NCBI RefSeq assembly: GCF_001194135.2
Contig: NC_069001.1
Coordinates: 25,655,674 to 25,719,673, forward strand
From: Octopus bimaculoides
Taxonomy: Eukaryota
Reading direction: 5' to 3'
Length of the DNA stretch: 64,000 bases
Made by a program: the position numbers and the translations under genes. The first letter of the stretch is position 1; every line of letters begins with the position of its first letter. Below, piece by piece: positions 40,701-54,022 of this stretch. The notes beneath the pieces were generated by a model, which did no database searches, was not told where the DNA came from, and saw only the letters and a list, made by a program, of their open reading frames with translations.

Positions 40701-41849
40701 AAATTGCAATGAATGTGAAGACCGTTGTGGTTTGTGAATGCTATAGAGAATTGTATGTATGTATGTATTTGTGCATGCGGGTATATATGAGCGTAGATGT
40801 GTGTATGTTTGTATGCAAGTATCTATGTATATATGGGCGTAAGTATGCACGTACGGTGAGGGGTATCCTGGTTGTCTTTGTATTTGTCTATTTTCTTAAA
40901 TCGTTTTTGAAGTGAGTAGTGGTGATGGTCGTGGTGGTGATGCGGTTAAGCGATTGTTGTACATTTAGTCTCAATGGTGGAGCTGTTAATGGTGGTGACA
41001 GTTGTTGTTGATTTAGTATGTCTATTAGTTGTATGTAATAGCATTTTGTGGATATTTGTCTTGCATTGAAGCATTAACAATGACAACATCAGCGATAATA
41101 GCAATGCTGTATACGCATTACTCTTTATATCTGATAATTCCCGTTGAGATGAAATCAAGAAAAAGTAAATTCGTACAGCATTAGCTCTCAATAACATTTA
41201 TCGTCCCCTGAGCATCTTAATTCGGTCACTCAACCAGTTAGAACTAGCAACCAAATCTCTCAAATTTTAACGTAGTATACTGAAAAGCGAAAACGGTAGA
41301 ATTTGTTCCACGTTACATTGTAGGACATTCAAGCTACAGAGCTTTCAAATATTTCCAGCTGAGACCATCCCGGCTGTTTTCTGTATTCCCTCTATATGAG
41401 GGAATTCCTTGTCCCATATGTCCGTTGACTTTGAGTGTACGACTAGATATGGAGAAATCTAGTTGCTATATAATTTAGACTCGTCCTATACGATGGTCCG
41501 TAGTTCTTCCGCGAGAGTGGTGTCGTCAAAGCTGTTTGTGTTTTCGCTATTGCTGAAGGCAGTGCTTCGTTATTAGATTATCCGGAGAATGAGACAGTAT
41601 ACTACGTCTCCGCATACCGTCGGAGAAATGTTACATGGATGATGTTACCATATACCTTAAATTGTCGGAAAGTAACAACCGTAGCGGGTAGGAAATCGCG
41701 TAAAGAAGTGAAACTCCGGGAAACCGAATGTTCTCGATGTGAACGCTTATGAGAGTCTGAGAATTTAAATACGTCAATAACTACAGAATGAAAATCGTGC
41801 AGGTGGAGACCGTGCAGCTGGAGAACGAAAGAGGCAAATTGATAGATGG

Positions 41850-41910
<61 letters not shown>

Positions 41911-42549
41911 AAGATAGAAAGATAAATAGATAGATTGATTGATAGATAGATAGATAGATATACAGGCAGATGAGCAGAGAGAGAAAAAGAAGAGAGAGAC
42001 TACCTCTACGTCAGAGAACAAATGTAATTGTGATTGAGTTACTGAGTTACAGTAACCAATCGCGTTTTCTTTTCTTTCGATATACTTTAGTAACTGTTAT
42101 CTGTGTGGCATCCAAACTCTTCCAGACATGCAACTAATAGTCCATTATGTTGGCACCTCAGCTGTTTGACGTTCTTTGTAGTAGCTGAAGTCTTAAATGT
42201 CTTAAACTTTCAGTTGCAGTTCTTGCTAAACTGAAGATATAAGTTCACTAGCAGTGATCCACAGCGATGGAGAACTCTTGCATTTCGTGTAAAAGAACAT
42301 ATCTTGCCATTGACGTTTCATGGTTAAGGGAGAAATGTAAAATGAATATATTAAATTTTTTTGTTTTGTTTTTGATACGTAGTGTACGCAGATTCGTTAT
42401 GTTGGGTGTAGAATGCTTAGATTTAGAATGCTTAGAGTGATATGATGGGTTTTATACACCTTCAGCCTTGTCGGCTCTATGGCCAATAAATCGTTTTATA
42501 TATAAAAGAATCTGATGCATTTCCGTTTTGTAGCGAATCGACTGTTTGA

Positions 42550-42632
42550 TTATTTATACTTTTACTCTTTTATACGTTTCAGTCATTTGACTTTGGCCAT
42601 GCTGGAGCATAGCCTTAAGTTGTTTTATTTGA

Positions 42633-42681
<49 letters not shown>

Positions 42682-42775
42682 CAATTTTCTTTGTTTCCGT
42701 CTACCAAGGCTTTGGTCGGCCCGACACTATTGTAGAAGACACTTACCCAAGGTGCCATGCAGTGGGGTATTGTTT
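42550..42775 (-). mobile_element. SINE family A, internally shortened
   Basis: gtttcagtcatttgactttggccatgctggagc + (TG)n + tttccgtctaccaaggctttggtcggcc..gtgccatgcagtgg. Confidence 0.75.
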
Positions 42776-43479
42776 ATATGTTTGGAAAAGCTGTGCCTTG
42801 AGAATACCATCATGCCTCTGCCTTGAAAATATCCCGGAATAAACGCGTAAATAGTCGAGCATTTGCACAAACTCATGTGCTTATAAAGCAATTAACAGGC
42901 AGAATCAAATTACTCGTACAGAACACTGGGCATCGATACAGTTTTCATATACCCGCGAAGCATTTAACAATTCGCAGTTTCCGTAGGTGCTACGCTGTGA
43001 GATCAACCTGGGCCGTTGTGTTTGCGAATATATATATAGAGGGTGCGATGAATATTTTGTCATCTATATTACGCAATCATGAACACAACTCTGGCAAAAA
43101 ACGGCAATGTGGGAATTGCGAAGTGAAAGCTTGAATGAAACATGATATGACTTGAAACTTGTGAACCATTGGTTGCATTTTGATTTACTCATTTTTCTCT
43201 CAGAATCGATTTCTCTTCACAGTTTCAGCATGAGCGAAATGCCGATGGTTTTGTCTTTTGGGGGATCTGACCCCAAATCGCTACGCTATTTCTTCACTTG
43301 CTAGTCTTTGTATCAGTCCTAGATATTCGTGTTTTTTATGCTGATATTACTACTAGTGTTATTAGAGAGTTTCTCTTATCTTAAAGTGTGCTTGATTTGT
43401 AGGTTTAGGGTTAAAATAAGTTACTGGTCAAACAACGACCTATAGATCCAATATTACGTCTTTTGTAGTTCAAATGTAC

Positions 43480-43600
43480 CAAAAACAAAAGACAGATAGG
43501 TGAGGAAACAATAGACAATGTGCATTAGTTTGAGGCTCAAGAAAAAATGGGAAAATCTTTGTTTCGAGCCTAAGCTTTTCCACAGAAAGGAATGAGGAAA
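43480..43600 (-). mobile_element. Third, degenerate copy of the 'CUGUUGA' HHR terminal repeat
   Basis: Aligns to 31900-32015. The motif reads CUGUGGA-A-AAGC(UUAG)GCUC-GAAAC-AAAGA and has lost the GUH triplet. Confidence 0.6.
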
Positions 43601-43746
43601 GATAAGTGAGAGAGGAAAAGAAAAAGAATACTATTTTGTACATAGTAAGAGAATTTTCTTGCATATTATGCAACATAAAAGTATTTACATGTCCCTATTT
43701 CCTTCTCTTCCCTGTTTTATTTAATCACATATTTCTTTACTGCCAG

Positions 43747-43757
43747 CTGGAAAGAAG
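43747..43757 (+). other. Candidate 11-nt microexon
   Basis: Long pyrimidine tract, tacTGCcag acceptor, CTGGAAAGAAG, then a strong AAG|GTAAGG donor. Confidence 0.3.
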
Positions 43758-44369
43758 GTAAGGCACAATTATTGTCAGAGTTGCGTTAGTTGCTTCTTGA
43801 CGTTCATCATTAGAACAGTGCATCTCTGAATAACATTTCTTCTCTTAACGAGATTTCTATTCTGCTACATCGGTATAAGTGGTGTGTGCTTAGCTGAAGT
43901 ATAGATGAAAAGTATATGTAATTTTGCACTAAAGTACTGTTCTGGCGTATTTAAGATGCAAGCATTCGTTTGTGAACAATTTTACATTAACTTATAGATT
44001 ATGTCAGGGTAGGATACCCTGATATGCAAACCATTCGCTCTGCAATGTAATAGGAAACTATTTATTATTTTTTTTTTATATTCGTGTGGTAGGTCTGTGT
44101 GCAACAAGTGTACGTTCGAAATGCGATATTTTTGTGTATTGTTGGTAGTTTGTTATGATTGATCTTGAGAGCAACGTTGGTTTCATTTAATCAATGGATT
44201 GTTTGGGGAGTCAAGCCGGTTTCATTCAATCTAAAATGGATCTAATGGATTGTTTCCATTATAAAGGATTCGTTATTTTGCGCTAAATATGACATATGGG
44301 GATGCTCTGTGTGAATTTGTTTGTTGCATCCAGTTTTCTCTCTGACCTCTGTTTATGTGATAAATGTTA

Positions 44370-44775
44370 AATTCTATCTTTTAACTTGTTTCAGTCATTA
44401 GACTACAGCCAAGTTCCAGCACAGATCTGAAGAATTTTTAGTCGAATGAATCGACTCTAGCATTTCTTGTTTTACTATTTTCCTAACTTTATTCTATCGG
44501 AGACTTTTTACTGAACAGTTACGACAGGGGATATAAACAAACCCATCAAGCAGTGGTGGTTGTACAAACACAGACACACGCACATGTGCACATAGATAAA
44601 TACACACACACATATATATATATATATATTTATATACACACACGCACACACACACACACACGACAGGATTCTTTCCATCTCAGTCTAAGATATCCCTTCA
44701 CATTTGGTCGGCAGAAAGCTATAGCAAAAAACACTGGCAGTGGGATTGAACCCGCAACCATGTAGTAGGTAACCA
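44370..44775 (-). mobile_element. SINE family A, degraded full-length
   Basis: Both halves flank a (CA)/(TA) microsatellite; the head reads as gggattgaacccgcaaccatg on the plus strand. Confidence 0.7.
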
Positions 44776-45719
44776 AACGGTATTACTCTGCATAATTTCG
44801 ACGTGATGTGTTTATGTTCTTATGAGTTTTCTATGGGAAAACAGATTGTGGATTGGCACCTGCTTTTAGCTGATTTAGTTACAGACATTTATATTTATTT
44901 AATTATTTTCTTTTGTGTGCATTTGATAAAATATTTTAGTATTTGCGCTGGTAGAATGTTAAACAGATCCTTGCGGTATATTATTGGAAGCAAGTTAATT
45001 TGCCGATGTATTGCTCTCGTTCTTTATTGAGAGACAGTTCTGTAGCAAGCAATTCGTATTTTGTAAGGCTTTCAGCAGCTTTATCTGAAGCCTGTGGCGA
45101 AAATCAAGTAAACTATTTGGCTGATACCGATAGCATAATTACTGTTAGCTATGGATCTGTCATACTGACGATTGCCTTAGATATAGTAGATTCTGATATT
45201 GTGTGACAGAATATTTGTACTCATGATAATCCTAAGGTAATAGTGCTAGTGTTGATATCTCTGTTGTAGATGTGGGTGATAACAGCTACAATATAAGGGG
45301 TATTTTTTGTACAAATTGTGGTGGTGGTGGCATCACGCAATTCTCTTTTGCTTTAATTGTACGTTTTTCTCCTCTTATTTTCACTTTTTATTTCAAGCGC
45401 GGATAATAGTCATGATGTTAGTTGTTGCAGTAGTGGTGGTGTTTGCGGTACTATTGATAAATTGAATCGATGTGTGTGGTAGTTATAGCAGTGATAGTTA
45501 CATATATAGCCATAGTTTTTTAAGTAGCTGATTCATATGTGTGCGAGATATATTTTTTAAAGTTTTATAAATGGTTTGACTTTTTTTTTTAAAATTCTAT
45601 TCTGTAAATTAATCAGTTTTATTCTCTTGCTTTAAAATTGAATTTGAATTTTGCTCCCATTTTGCATTTTCTTTAGTTTTTATATTTCTTCTCTCGTTCT
45701 GTCTCTTTATTTCTTGAAG

Positions 45720-45752
45720 TAAAGTATAACAATGAAAGTATATGCTACTATC
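45720..45752 (+). other. Candidate short exon containing a start codon (MKVYATI, phase 0)
   Basis: Strong pyrimidine tract and aag acceptor, acaATG context at 45732, perfect GTAAGT donor at 45753. No partner exon identified. Confidence 0.25.
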
Positions 45753-46884
45753 GTAAGTAACTTTCCAAAAACTTTCCTTGGCAGAGAATCAATACACATT
45801 GTTTGTTCTTTAACATGTGAATTCGTTGTACTCAGAGATACATTCACACACATATGAATACACAAACTCGAACACACGTGCATATTTGTATAAGTTTAAT
45901 GCTGGAATGGAATAATAATGCCTATATACATTTCCCAAATTTACAGCATGTGGCATAGATATGCGAAAGGAAGAGGAAAAATAGAGCATTCATGTCGCTT
46001 CTATTTTCTCTTGGTGTGGAGAAATATACGTATATATTTTTTTCTTTTTGAGCTTAAGATTTTCTGTCAACAAATTTAATGGAAATTGTAGGTTGTGTCA
46101 TGAATCAAACTGTAACAACTAAAAGTGCTTAGAGCGAGGTCGACAAATTGAGAGAGATTAGAAAAGACAGGGTTGAGAATATGGGCAAACATGTAAATCA
46201 GAATGAAATCAGTTCTATGCAGTTTCCCATTTCAGACAAACAAAAAGAACTGTCGTAAATCTAAGAAAGAAAGAAAGAATAGAGCATCTAATAGCTAACT
46301 TTATAATATATTCGTGTACGAATCTTTTCTAGCAAGCTGAAATGTCTATGTCTGAGGCACGGGAAAACAACATTTCTCTCGTGATATATATTTACTACTA
46401 AGTCAGGGATAATAATGAAAAGCACATAACCGTTCTCACCAATTTTTCGTGTGTGTTTGAAACTAAGAAAGCGAGAAAATACGCTGCCCTCAATCTAGAG
46501 ATCGTGACTGACTGATTGATTAGAAGAATATCAACTGCAGTGGGTGGATACAAATACCACAAGGTGATCTTGGTACAAGCAATTTAACGTTGCGTACGAG
46601 AATAAACTTAACGCATATCAACTGAAATGTACTTTTATTCTTCTGGATCTGTTCTAGAATGTTCTTCCCTTCGATCCAATTTAGCTACTAGTCTCGTTTT
46701 CTATTTTTGGTCAATTTAAACTGTTTACATTACTACCGGCTTAATCTTCCCCTATATTCTCTAAGATTCGTTGAAGAGAAATTCGAGATAATTCTTAACC
46801 ATATAGCTGAACGTTGGCTGTATATTGGCAACATCTATGAAATGAGGATGAGAGAACATAGTATGATAATATTGATTTAAAATA

Positions 46885-47070
46885 TTCGAATAGGGCCAGC
46901 AATTTCAGAAGAATGACTGAATCGATTACATGGATCCCAGTGTTCAACTGGTACTTATTTTATCAGCCCTGAAAGGATGAAAGTCAACCTCACCAGGATT
47001 TCAACTCAGAACGTGAAGACAGAATGCCGCTTAGAAGTATTTTGCTGCTATGCTAGAAGTTCCCCCAGCT
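46885..47070 (-). mobile_element. SINE family B
   Basis: cccagtgttcaactggtacttattttatcagccctgaaaggatgaaag..aactcagaacgt. Confidence 0.7.
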
Positions 47071-49121
47071 GCACACATCTTACTATTATAATATTCGTTT
47101 CAAATTATGGCGTCGAGCTGGCTGAAACGGAGTGAAAACAAGAGGGAAAGTGAGCATTAAGAGAAGGTAATGAAATTTGAGAGAAGGGGAACGAAAGAAC
47201 GAAGAGTGAGCTCGTATGGAAGAGTGTGACCACACAGTATACCAGAATTTTTAGAAGTCTGCCTCGCAATCACAAGATAATGAGTGTGAGAACATTCGCT
47301 GCAAACTGTCTAGAGTATGCCTATCTTCAAACGATGGTTAGTGAATGAAAGTAGATGGCCACAGAATGTGTGGAATACGCTTGTTTGAATATACCAGTAA
47401 TTTAAATGGTTATCTGTTTTATAGTGTCACATCGACAACGTCTAAGAATTATATTAGGGATACAACTACACTACCCAAGAGTTTTAGGTTAAGATGAGCC
47501 GAGTATTTCTGTTGATCAAAGAATTGACAAACGTAGGTAGGAAATTTTAATCTTGCTTCCATTCATTATATGTTCATGCATACAATTTATATGCTGTTCT
47601 GTAGTATGGGCGGATATAGAAGCTTAGAATGTTTTATCGATATTACTGTGATAGCCTTTGTAATTTGTGTAAGTCATGTAGATTATAACACACGTCGCTG
47701 TAGATCATTTGCATAGCCCTATCTTAGAATTGTAGTTAATTAGCATACTGTTCTCAGATCTCTTCTCCTTTAATAACATCTCTTTACAAGGTGAACTATA
47801 TATANNNNNNNNNNNNNNNNNNNNNNNNNNNNNNNNNATATATATAATTATACATTGATAAGCAGTGCCTCTCTGTTTGTGCCAGTAATCTGAATATAGG
47901 TAACTATCTCATGTGTATAGTTAAACTAAATGTAAGTTTTTCCATCCTGTATATGTAAATATAACCATACATAAATATACGTATAGAATGATTGAATAGT
48001 CGTTCACAACGTTACAATAAAATATATAGAATATTCTCCATGTTTTCTCCGATTCAACTTTTTTCTTTCTTTGTAGAAGGTGTCCACTCCCCTGCTTTTC
48101 TTTTATATATATAAAGAATATAAAAAGCAATGTTTCCTCTCAGCGTTTAGGCATGAATGTATAACTCAATAATGTAAATGATTTTAACTATACTGTCATA
48201 AAATTATCTGAAGCACACTTTAGCCGACTTTATTCGTATTAACTGCAGCATATATGCATCGTTCTTGCCGATTTTGACATGATAGTTGCAGTCACATTGC
48301 AAAACCGATGCTGAAACGTTGACAGTCATTGTCGTATTCGCAATTTTACCTTGGTTAAACACTAGATATGTACTGTTATTTAATTCCATTTTCATATTCA
48401 ATAAAAATGTTTTGAGCAAGTCTACTTATCTCTTGTTACAGTAAATCTAATAAGATACAGTGAACGTCAGTGTGTTTCTATGGTTATTCGTACAGCGTAG
48501 CATCAGTGGAGTTTTACTTTACTTTTTTTTTTTTTTTTTTTTTTGCTTTCGGTTTAGCACTAGCTTCTCCTGGAATTAAATACCAAAACCTTGAGAACAA
48601 GAGAACTAAATAATTACAACGGTGATTATTATTATTATTGTTATTATTATTATTATTATTATTTAATTTATTACGTAAGACATTAACCAACTGAGCTATT
48701 CTAACAGAAAAAGAAAATTTGGAAAGACAGACTTGTTTATGTCTTAGTACTCATCATTTCTGAAATATAAAATTGAAATTGAATCGAAAGAACCCGAAGG
48801 AAATAACCATCAATTTTTATGTCACTGGTAGACTAAAATAATTAGAATTCATAGTTATTGAAGAAATAAAGAGTTGTGGATGGCATCGATTTTGCTTTTC
48901 TCCAACTGAATAAATCATTTCGCGCTGACACTTGCTAACAGGACTGATAAGTGGTTCATTGCAGCTATAGCTAAGCTAAAGTAATATTTCAGCAGATAGC
49001 TTAATTCTGCTTTTAACAACTTGTAGTTGCTTGAGACCTTACTGACAGCTCAGTTTACTATATTTTAACATTTTTAAAGATCACTGACTGCAATAGTTGA
49101 AAAGTAATAAAAAACATTATA

Positions 49122-49170
<49 letters not shown>

Positions 49171-49204
49171 GCATTGTATGTATACCTGTCTATCTATCTA
49201 TCTT

Positions 49205-49498
49205 ATTTCTTTGTTGCCCACTAGGGGCTAGACACAGAGAGGACAAACAAGGACAGACAAAGGGATTAAGTCGATTACATTGACCCCAGTGCGTAACTGA
49301 TACTTAATTTATTGACCCCGAAAGGATGAAAGGCAAAGNNNNNNNNNNCCCCAGTGCGTAACTGATACTTAATTTATTGACCCCGAAAGGATGAAAGGCA
49401 AAGTCGACCTCGGCGGAATTTGAACTCAGAACGTAACAGCAGACGAAATACCAAGTATTTCGCCCAGCGTGCTAACGGTTCTGCCAGCTCGCCGCCTT
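49205..49498 (-). mobile_element. SINE family B, young copy spanning a 10-N gap
   Basis: Head aaggcggcgagctggcagaaccgttagcacgctgg..ctgagttcaaattccgcc, then gtcgactttgcctttcatcctttcgggg. Confidence 0.85.
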
Positions 49499-49954
49499 TA
49501 TTTATCTATCTATCTATACATCTCTCTATTTTGTTGTAGTATATTTTCGTCTTCATGAGTAAAGACATACTAAAACAAGCCTACAAGATACTCCTGCACT
49601 TCCAACGATAAGTCCGTGTCGAGTAAAATGAAAACAACACTTCAACAATCAATAAATAAGTACCAGCCACTTTTGCTTCAGGTTTTCTTCCTCTCCGAAG
49701 GAAGAACATCACAGTTGTACGAATGTATATACCTATGCAACACTTACAATAGTAAGCTTTCTGTTTATGCCGACTTATCGGTAGAAAGTAGATATATGCT
49801 ATTAATTCATAATATTCTTGTACACACAGTTTCATATCATGTTTTCTGATTGGTTGACCACTCTTCAGAAGATATATATCCCTAATTTCTCTGCCAAAGA
49901 CAAGACTAGTTAATAAAAGCCATTTTTATATGAAATACAAAATATGACTTCCTA

Positions 49955-50000
<46 letters not shown>

Positions 50001-50570
50001 TAATATAGCTTATATTACATTGTCACATTGTATCATATGTTATATTATATTACATAACGTTATATCATATTATCCTTTATAATTTTTCTATATATTGAAA
50101 TGTTACTTATCGTCGGACACCACAACATGTCTCGAACTGAATGGCTGTATAATACAGTAAATATCATTTGGCGTTTTCACCAATCATGGAGCTCCGCTAA
50201 GCCAGAATTAACAAATGTTCATTGCAATTTGAATCCCTTTGATCAGGGTTTTGTTGTTTTCTAACAACCCTGTTAGATATGCTTAACGAGAGCGTTATCC
50301 ACCGTGACAGGCGATATAGGGGGTAAAAGAATATAATTTTGAGACTCATAGAAATATCACCAATCTTTTCTACTTTCGATACAAGCCTGAAACTTTTGCA
50401 GGCGGTGTCATTCGATTACATCGATCCCAGTATTTAAATGGTATTCATTTTATGAATCTCAAAAACATAGAAAGCTAAATGTACTTTAAAGGCTGCTCAA
50501 CAAAGAACGCAAAACCGAAAAGCATACTGCAAAGTGGAAACAATTCTACTAACAAGCTTCTTTAGTAATA

Positions 50571-51891
50571 CGAGTGGGTACCCCAAAGTAACCGCAAACC
50601 TTTTCTGTGGGAAAAGCTCATTGTACTTCAGGCTTCCGCCGTTATAAGCGACTTGATGTGAACATCAGGCTTCAGTCTACCAACTGGCGTTTTCTTTTTA
50701 TCCCGTACTTCCATGTGGTGCGTCTTTGATTTGTAGTGCTTCTCTCCTATTTGTAGATTTTTACGGTGGCTGAAACGAAGGAACAGCGTGCTCCATCAAA
50801 TTCTGTTTTCTTCTGGGACAACGGCGGCCGAAATAGTTGTCATGCCTCAAACAGCTTACAAGGATGCCACCATGAGCAAATCACAGGTTTACGAGTAGTT
50901 TTCGCGCTTTAATAACGTTCACTTGTCGCTTTATGATTAACCTCGTTCAGAGCGATCTGAACAGACGAAAGCATCACGAAAATTCATGCAATGATCTTAG
51001 AGGACAGTCACCGAACAATTAACGATCTTGTTGATATGCCAAGTTCGTCCTCGGGCTCCTGCAGCCGACTTTTGAGAGAGGAATTGCGAATGAAAAGAGT
51101 TGCAGCAAAATTTGTGCCTCGCTTGCTCACGGAAGAACAAAAGCAGTCACAACCGAATGCTGGTCGTGAAATGAAAGAACAGTTGGAATTTGATTCAGAC
51201 CTTTTTTCGGAATTCATCACTGGTGATGCAAGCTGGTGCTTCTGCCACGAGCCAGAAACGAAGCAGTAATGAAGTCTATTGAAGCATTCGATTTCATCAT
51301 GTTCCCCAAAAGTGTGTCCAGTGAAGTTCAGGGCCGAGATGATGCTGATTTGTTTCATCGATGCGAAAGGATTTGTCCACACAGAATCCGTTTGTCCTGG
51401 TCAAACTGTTAACCTGACATTTTACATGGCAGTTCTGAAGCATTTACGAAATGCGTTGAGTCGAAAACGCCCCGACCTGTGTCTAAGTGGAGACGGGTAG
51501 TTTCATCACAACAATGCACCTCTGCACAACGAATTGAATGTGAAACAGTTTTTGACTAAAATATGGTATGACACCACTTACCTACCCTCCCTATTCACCT
51601 GACTTTGCTCCCTGTAACAGGTTTTGTTCTCCCGAATCAAAAAAAAAAAAACTCCTTACAAGAAAACGTTTTGCAGATGTAGAAACTGTGAAGAAAAAAA
51701 GAAACGACGGAGGCGTTATAAGACATTACTTCGCAAGATTTCCAAGACTGCTTCGAAGAGTGGAAAACGTGTCTGGACTGGTAAGTGGCTGCAGAAGGAG
51801 AATACTTTGAAGGTAGTAGAAGTATTAACATGTAAAAGTAAATGAATAAAGGAATATTGCGAAATTCCTGTTTCTTTTGGGTACACCTACG
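50571..51891 (+). mobile_element. Full-length (1321 bp) decayed mariner with imperfect TIRs and TA target duplication
   Basis: TA at 50569-70 and 51892-93. TIR cgagtgggtaccccaaagtaac vs cgtaggtgtacccaaaagaaac. AKFVPRLL, ITGDASW, HHNNAP and PPYSPDFAPCN motifs, with frameshifts. Confidence 0.92.
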
Positions 51892-53551
51892 TATAAGATA
51901 AAGCTACATTGATATAATGAAAATAATTGATATAATGAATATAATCCCATTTCATTTATAATTCCTATTAATTAATCAAAATGCCGATATGAATATTACT
52001 TCTCAAGATACGTTTATGAGATTAGATGATTGAGTTTTTGCACAGTGATAAAAGTATTTTCAGAGCATTAAATTTCAGTGTTTATGTGACAGCCAATAAA
52101 GTTTGGAGTTATCTCCCTTAGCATGCCTTGTCACGACAGGGATATTTAGATTTGCATGCAATCGAAATTCGCTTTTTCCCACCACACGGCTGTCATCAAC
52201 CAAAATATGTCGTGTTGGAGAAACACGAACTGGTAGATCTATGATTGTAAAACATTCAGTTATTGTAGTCTTATTCGCTTTATGGCATCTATGACTGCAT
52301 TACACTCAACATCAGTTCTCATTTTTGTTTTATTGTATCTTATAAATTGGAGAATATGTGGCTGCTATATCTAGCTGGTCAAACGACGCTGAACAGTTTA
52401 CGTGTTTTTGAACTATTCTATCCGAACAGCATTTACGTCATTTTTCTTTAGACATAATATTAACTCATTATAATGTGACAGTCGAGAGCAAAATATGTAA
52501 AATGGCAGGATTAACTATAAGGTATGTTACGTTGTGTCCAATTATCGCTGGTGCCGATATTAAATTTCATCTTCTCGTGATCAGTACAATTATTACTACA
52601 AAAAAACAAAACAAAAAAAAGTATTCTGTGATACATAGATTTTACCGTATCCCCACTTACTCTGCGGCATCATGCCGTTAGTAAGGTAAAGGCTTTCTTG
52701 TAAGACCACTTCTTGGGCCTGAGGTTAGCTACTAATATCGGTTATTTCGTTGATCGAACAATTGGAAACTCGTCGTCGAGATCAACTGGTATCCATTCAG
52801 TTTGAGTTACATGTAAAAGCTATTTTTACTGCTGAACAAACACTATGCAAAGTCTGATCGAGGTGACATTTCATGAAATGACGACTTCCGGTCGAGGAAA
52901 TCCATTGCATTGCCATATATAATCTTAAGCTTCGCTGTTAGGCGCGTATGACCGGGCAGTTATTTGGCTGCCACTTCAAGCAAATTCCGGATCCACATAA
53001 GAGGATTATCGCTCTACATCTGTCGTGATATATTTACGTTAAAAAAGTCATGTACAAGAGTTTCTAATGGACCCAAACGTGGAAAGAACGGAAAGAGAAG
53101 GAATACTTACCCCACCACATATTACAGTCTGTCTGACAGTTTTCCGACTTTTTTTTCGTCTGGGGTTCCAAGTGCGTCACCTAGTGGCCAAGAAGCAAAC
53201 ACGAATTAGTAAAACATGTTGCTTGAAAGACAAGGAGGGACAAATTTTTGAGCGAAGCTGGAGAGAAAGAGAGACAGAGACTCAGGTTAAATTCCCTCCG
53301 GTCCATTCCCAGCTCTACTGCAGCAAACCAACGACACGAAATAACTATCCACTCCATGTGGATATTAGAAATCCCAACACTGAAGATGTTCTTCATTTCA
53401 TCATACGCTAGTGGTGATTCGAAGAGGTTTAGGTTGCACTTCTGTGAGTTCAACCACGCGCGTAGAAGTTCTCATTTATTTCCAGACGAGCTTCCTATAA
53501 TTATCTATGTATAGGGACTTTATTAAAAAAGCAGCAGTAATATCACAAAAA

Positions 53552-53589
53552 CTCTTACTCTGAGTTTCATGTTCCTGTTCATCGGACAG
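53552..53589 (-). ncRNA. Degenerate hammerhead motif, U4C core
   Basis: CUGU-CCGAUGA-ACAGGAACAU-GAAA-CUC(A)GAG-UA-AGAG. Confidence 0.4.
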
Positions 53590-54022
53590 TTTTGTTTAGA
53601 ATAGAGCAAGATAACATTCTATGTAGAAATAGAATTACTTTCATAGATACTCATTTAAAAATGGTTTTCTTTCATTGGTCCTTTCAACTAACGGTCTTTC
53701 CAATAACCTGTTACATGAAATAACAAATTGCGGTTAAAAATCATATTATTATAAAAATCGAAAAAAACCTTAAATTGAAAATAGTTTATGAAGAAGGAAA
53801 GAGGCCTAAGTACCCAGGGTTTTTAATTAGCTTTAAAAATGATAATAAATTAATAAATTAAAGTATGATAATAAATTAATAAATTAAAGCATGCTTTTAA
53901 AAAGTTGTCACGCTAAAATACATATACATTTAGAATTACATACACATACCGAACACTCTATAATGTATATATATACTAAACATACAGACGTAGGCACATA
54001 GCTACATACATATACAGACATA

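Noticed and set aside
49284-49403. Exact 55-bp direct repeat flanking a 10-N gap
   Set aside because: Identical sequence on both sides of a minimal gap is the signature of unmerged overlapping contig ends, not a biological duplication.
49825-49870. Minus-strand CUGAAGA followed by GAAAAC
   Set aside because: Stem II does not close next to the GAAA and there is no stem I or III.
53060-53514. Overlapping 80-114 aa ORFs
   Set aside because: No transposase, RT or host-protein motif recognised in any frame.
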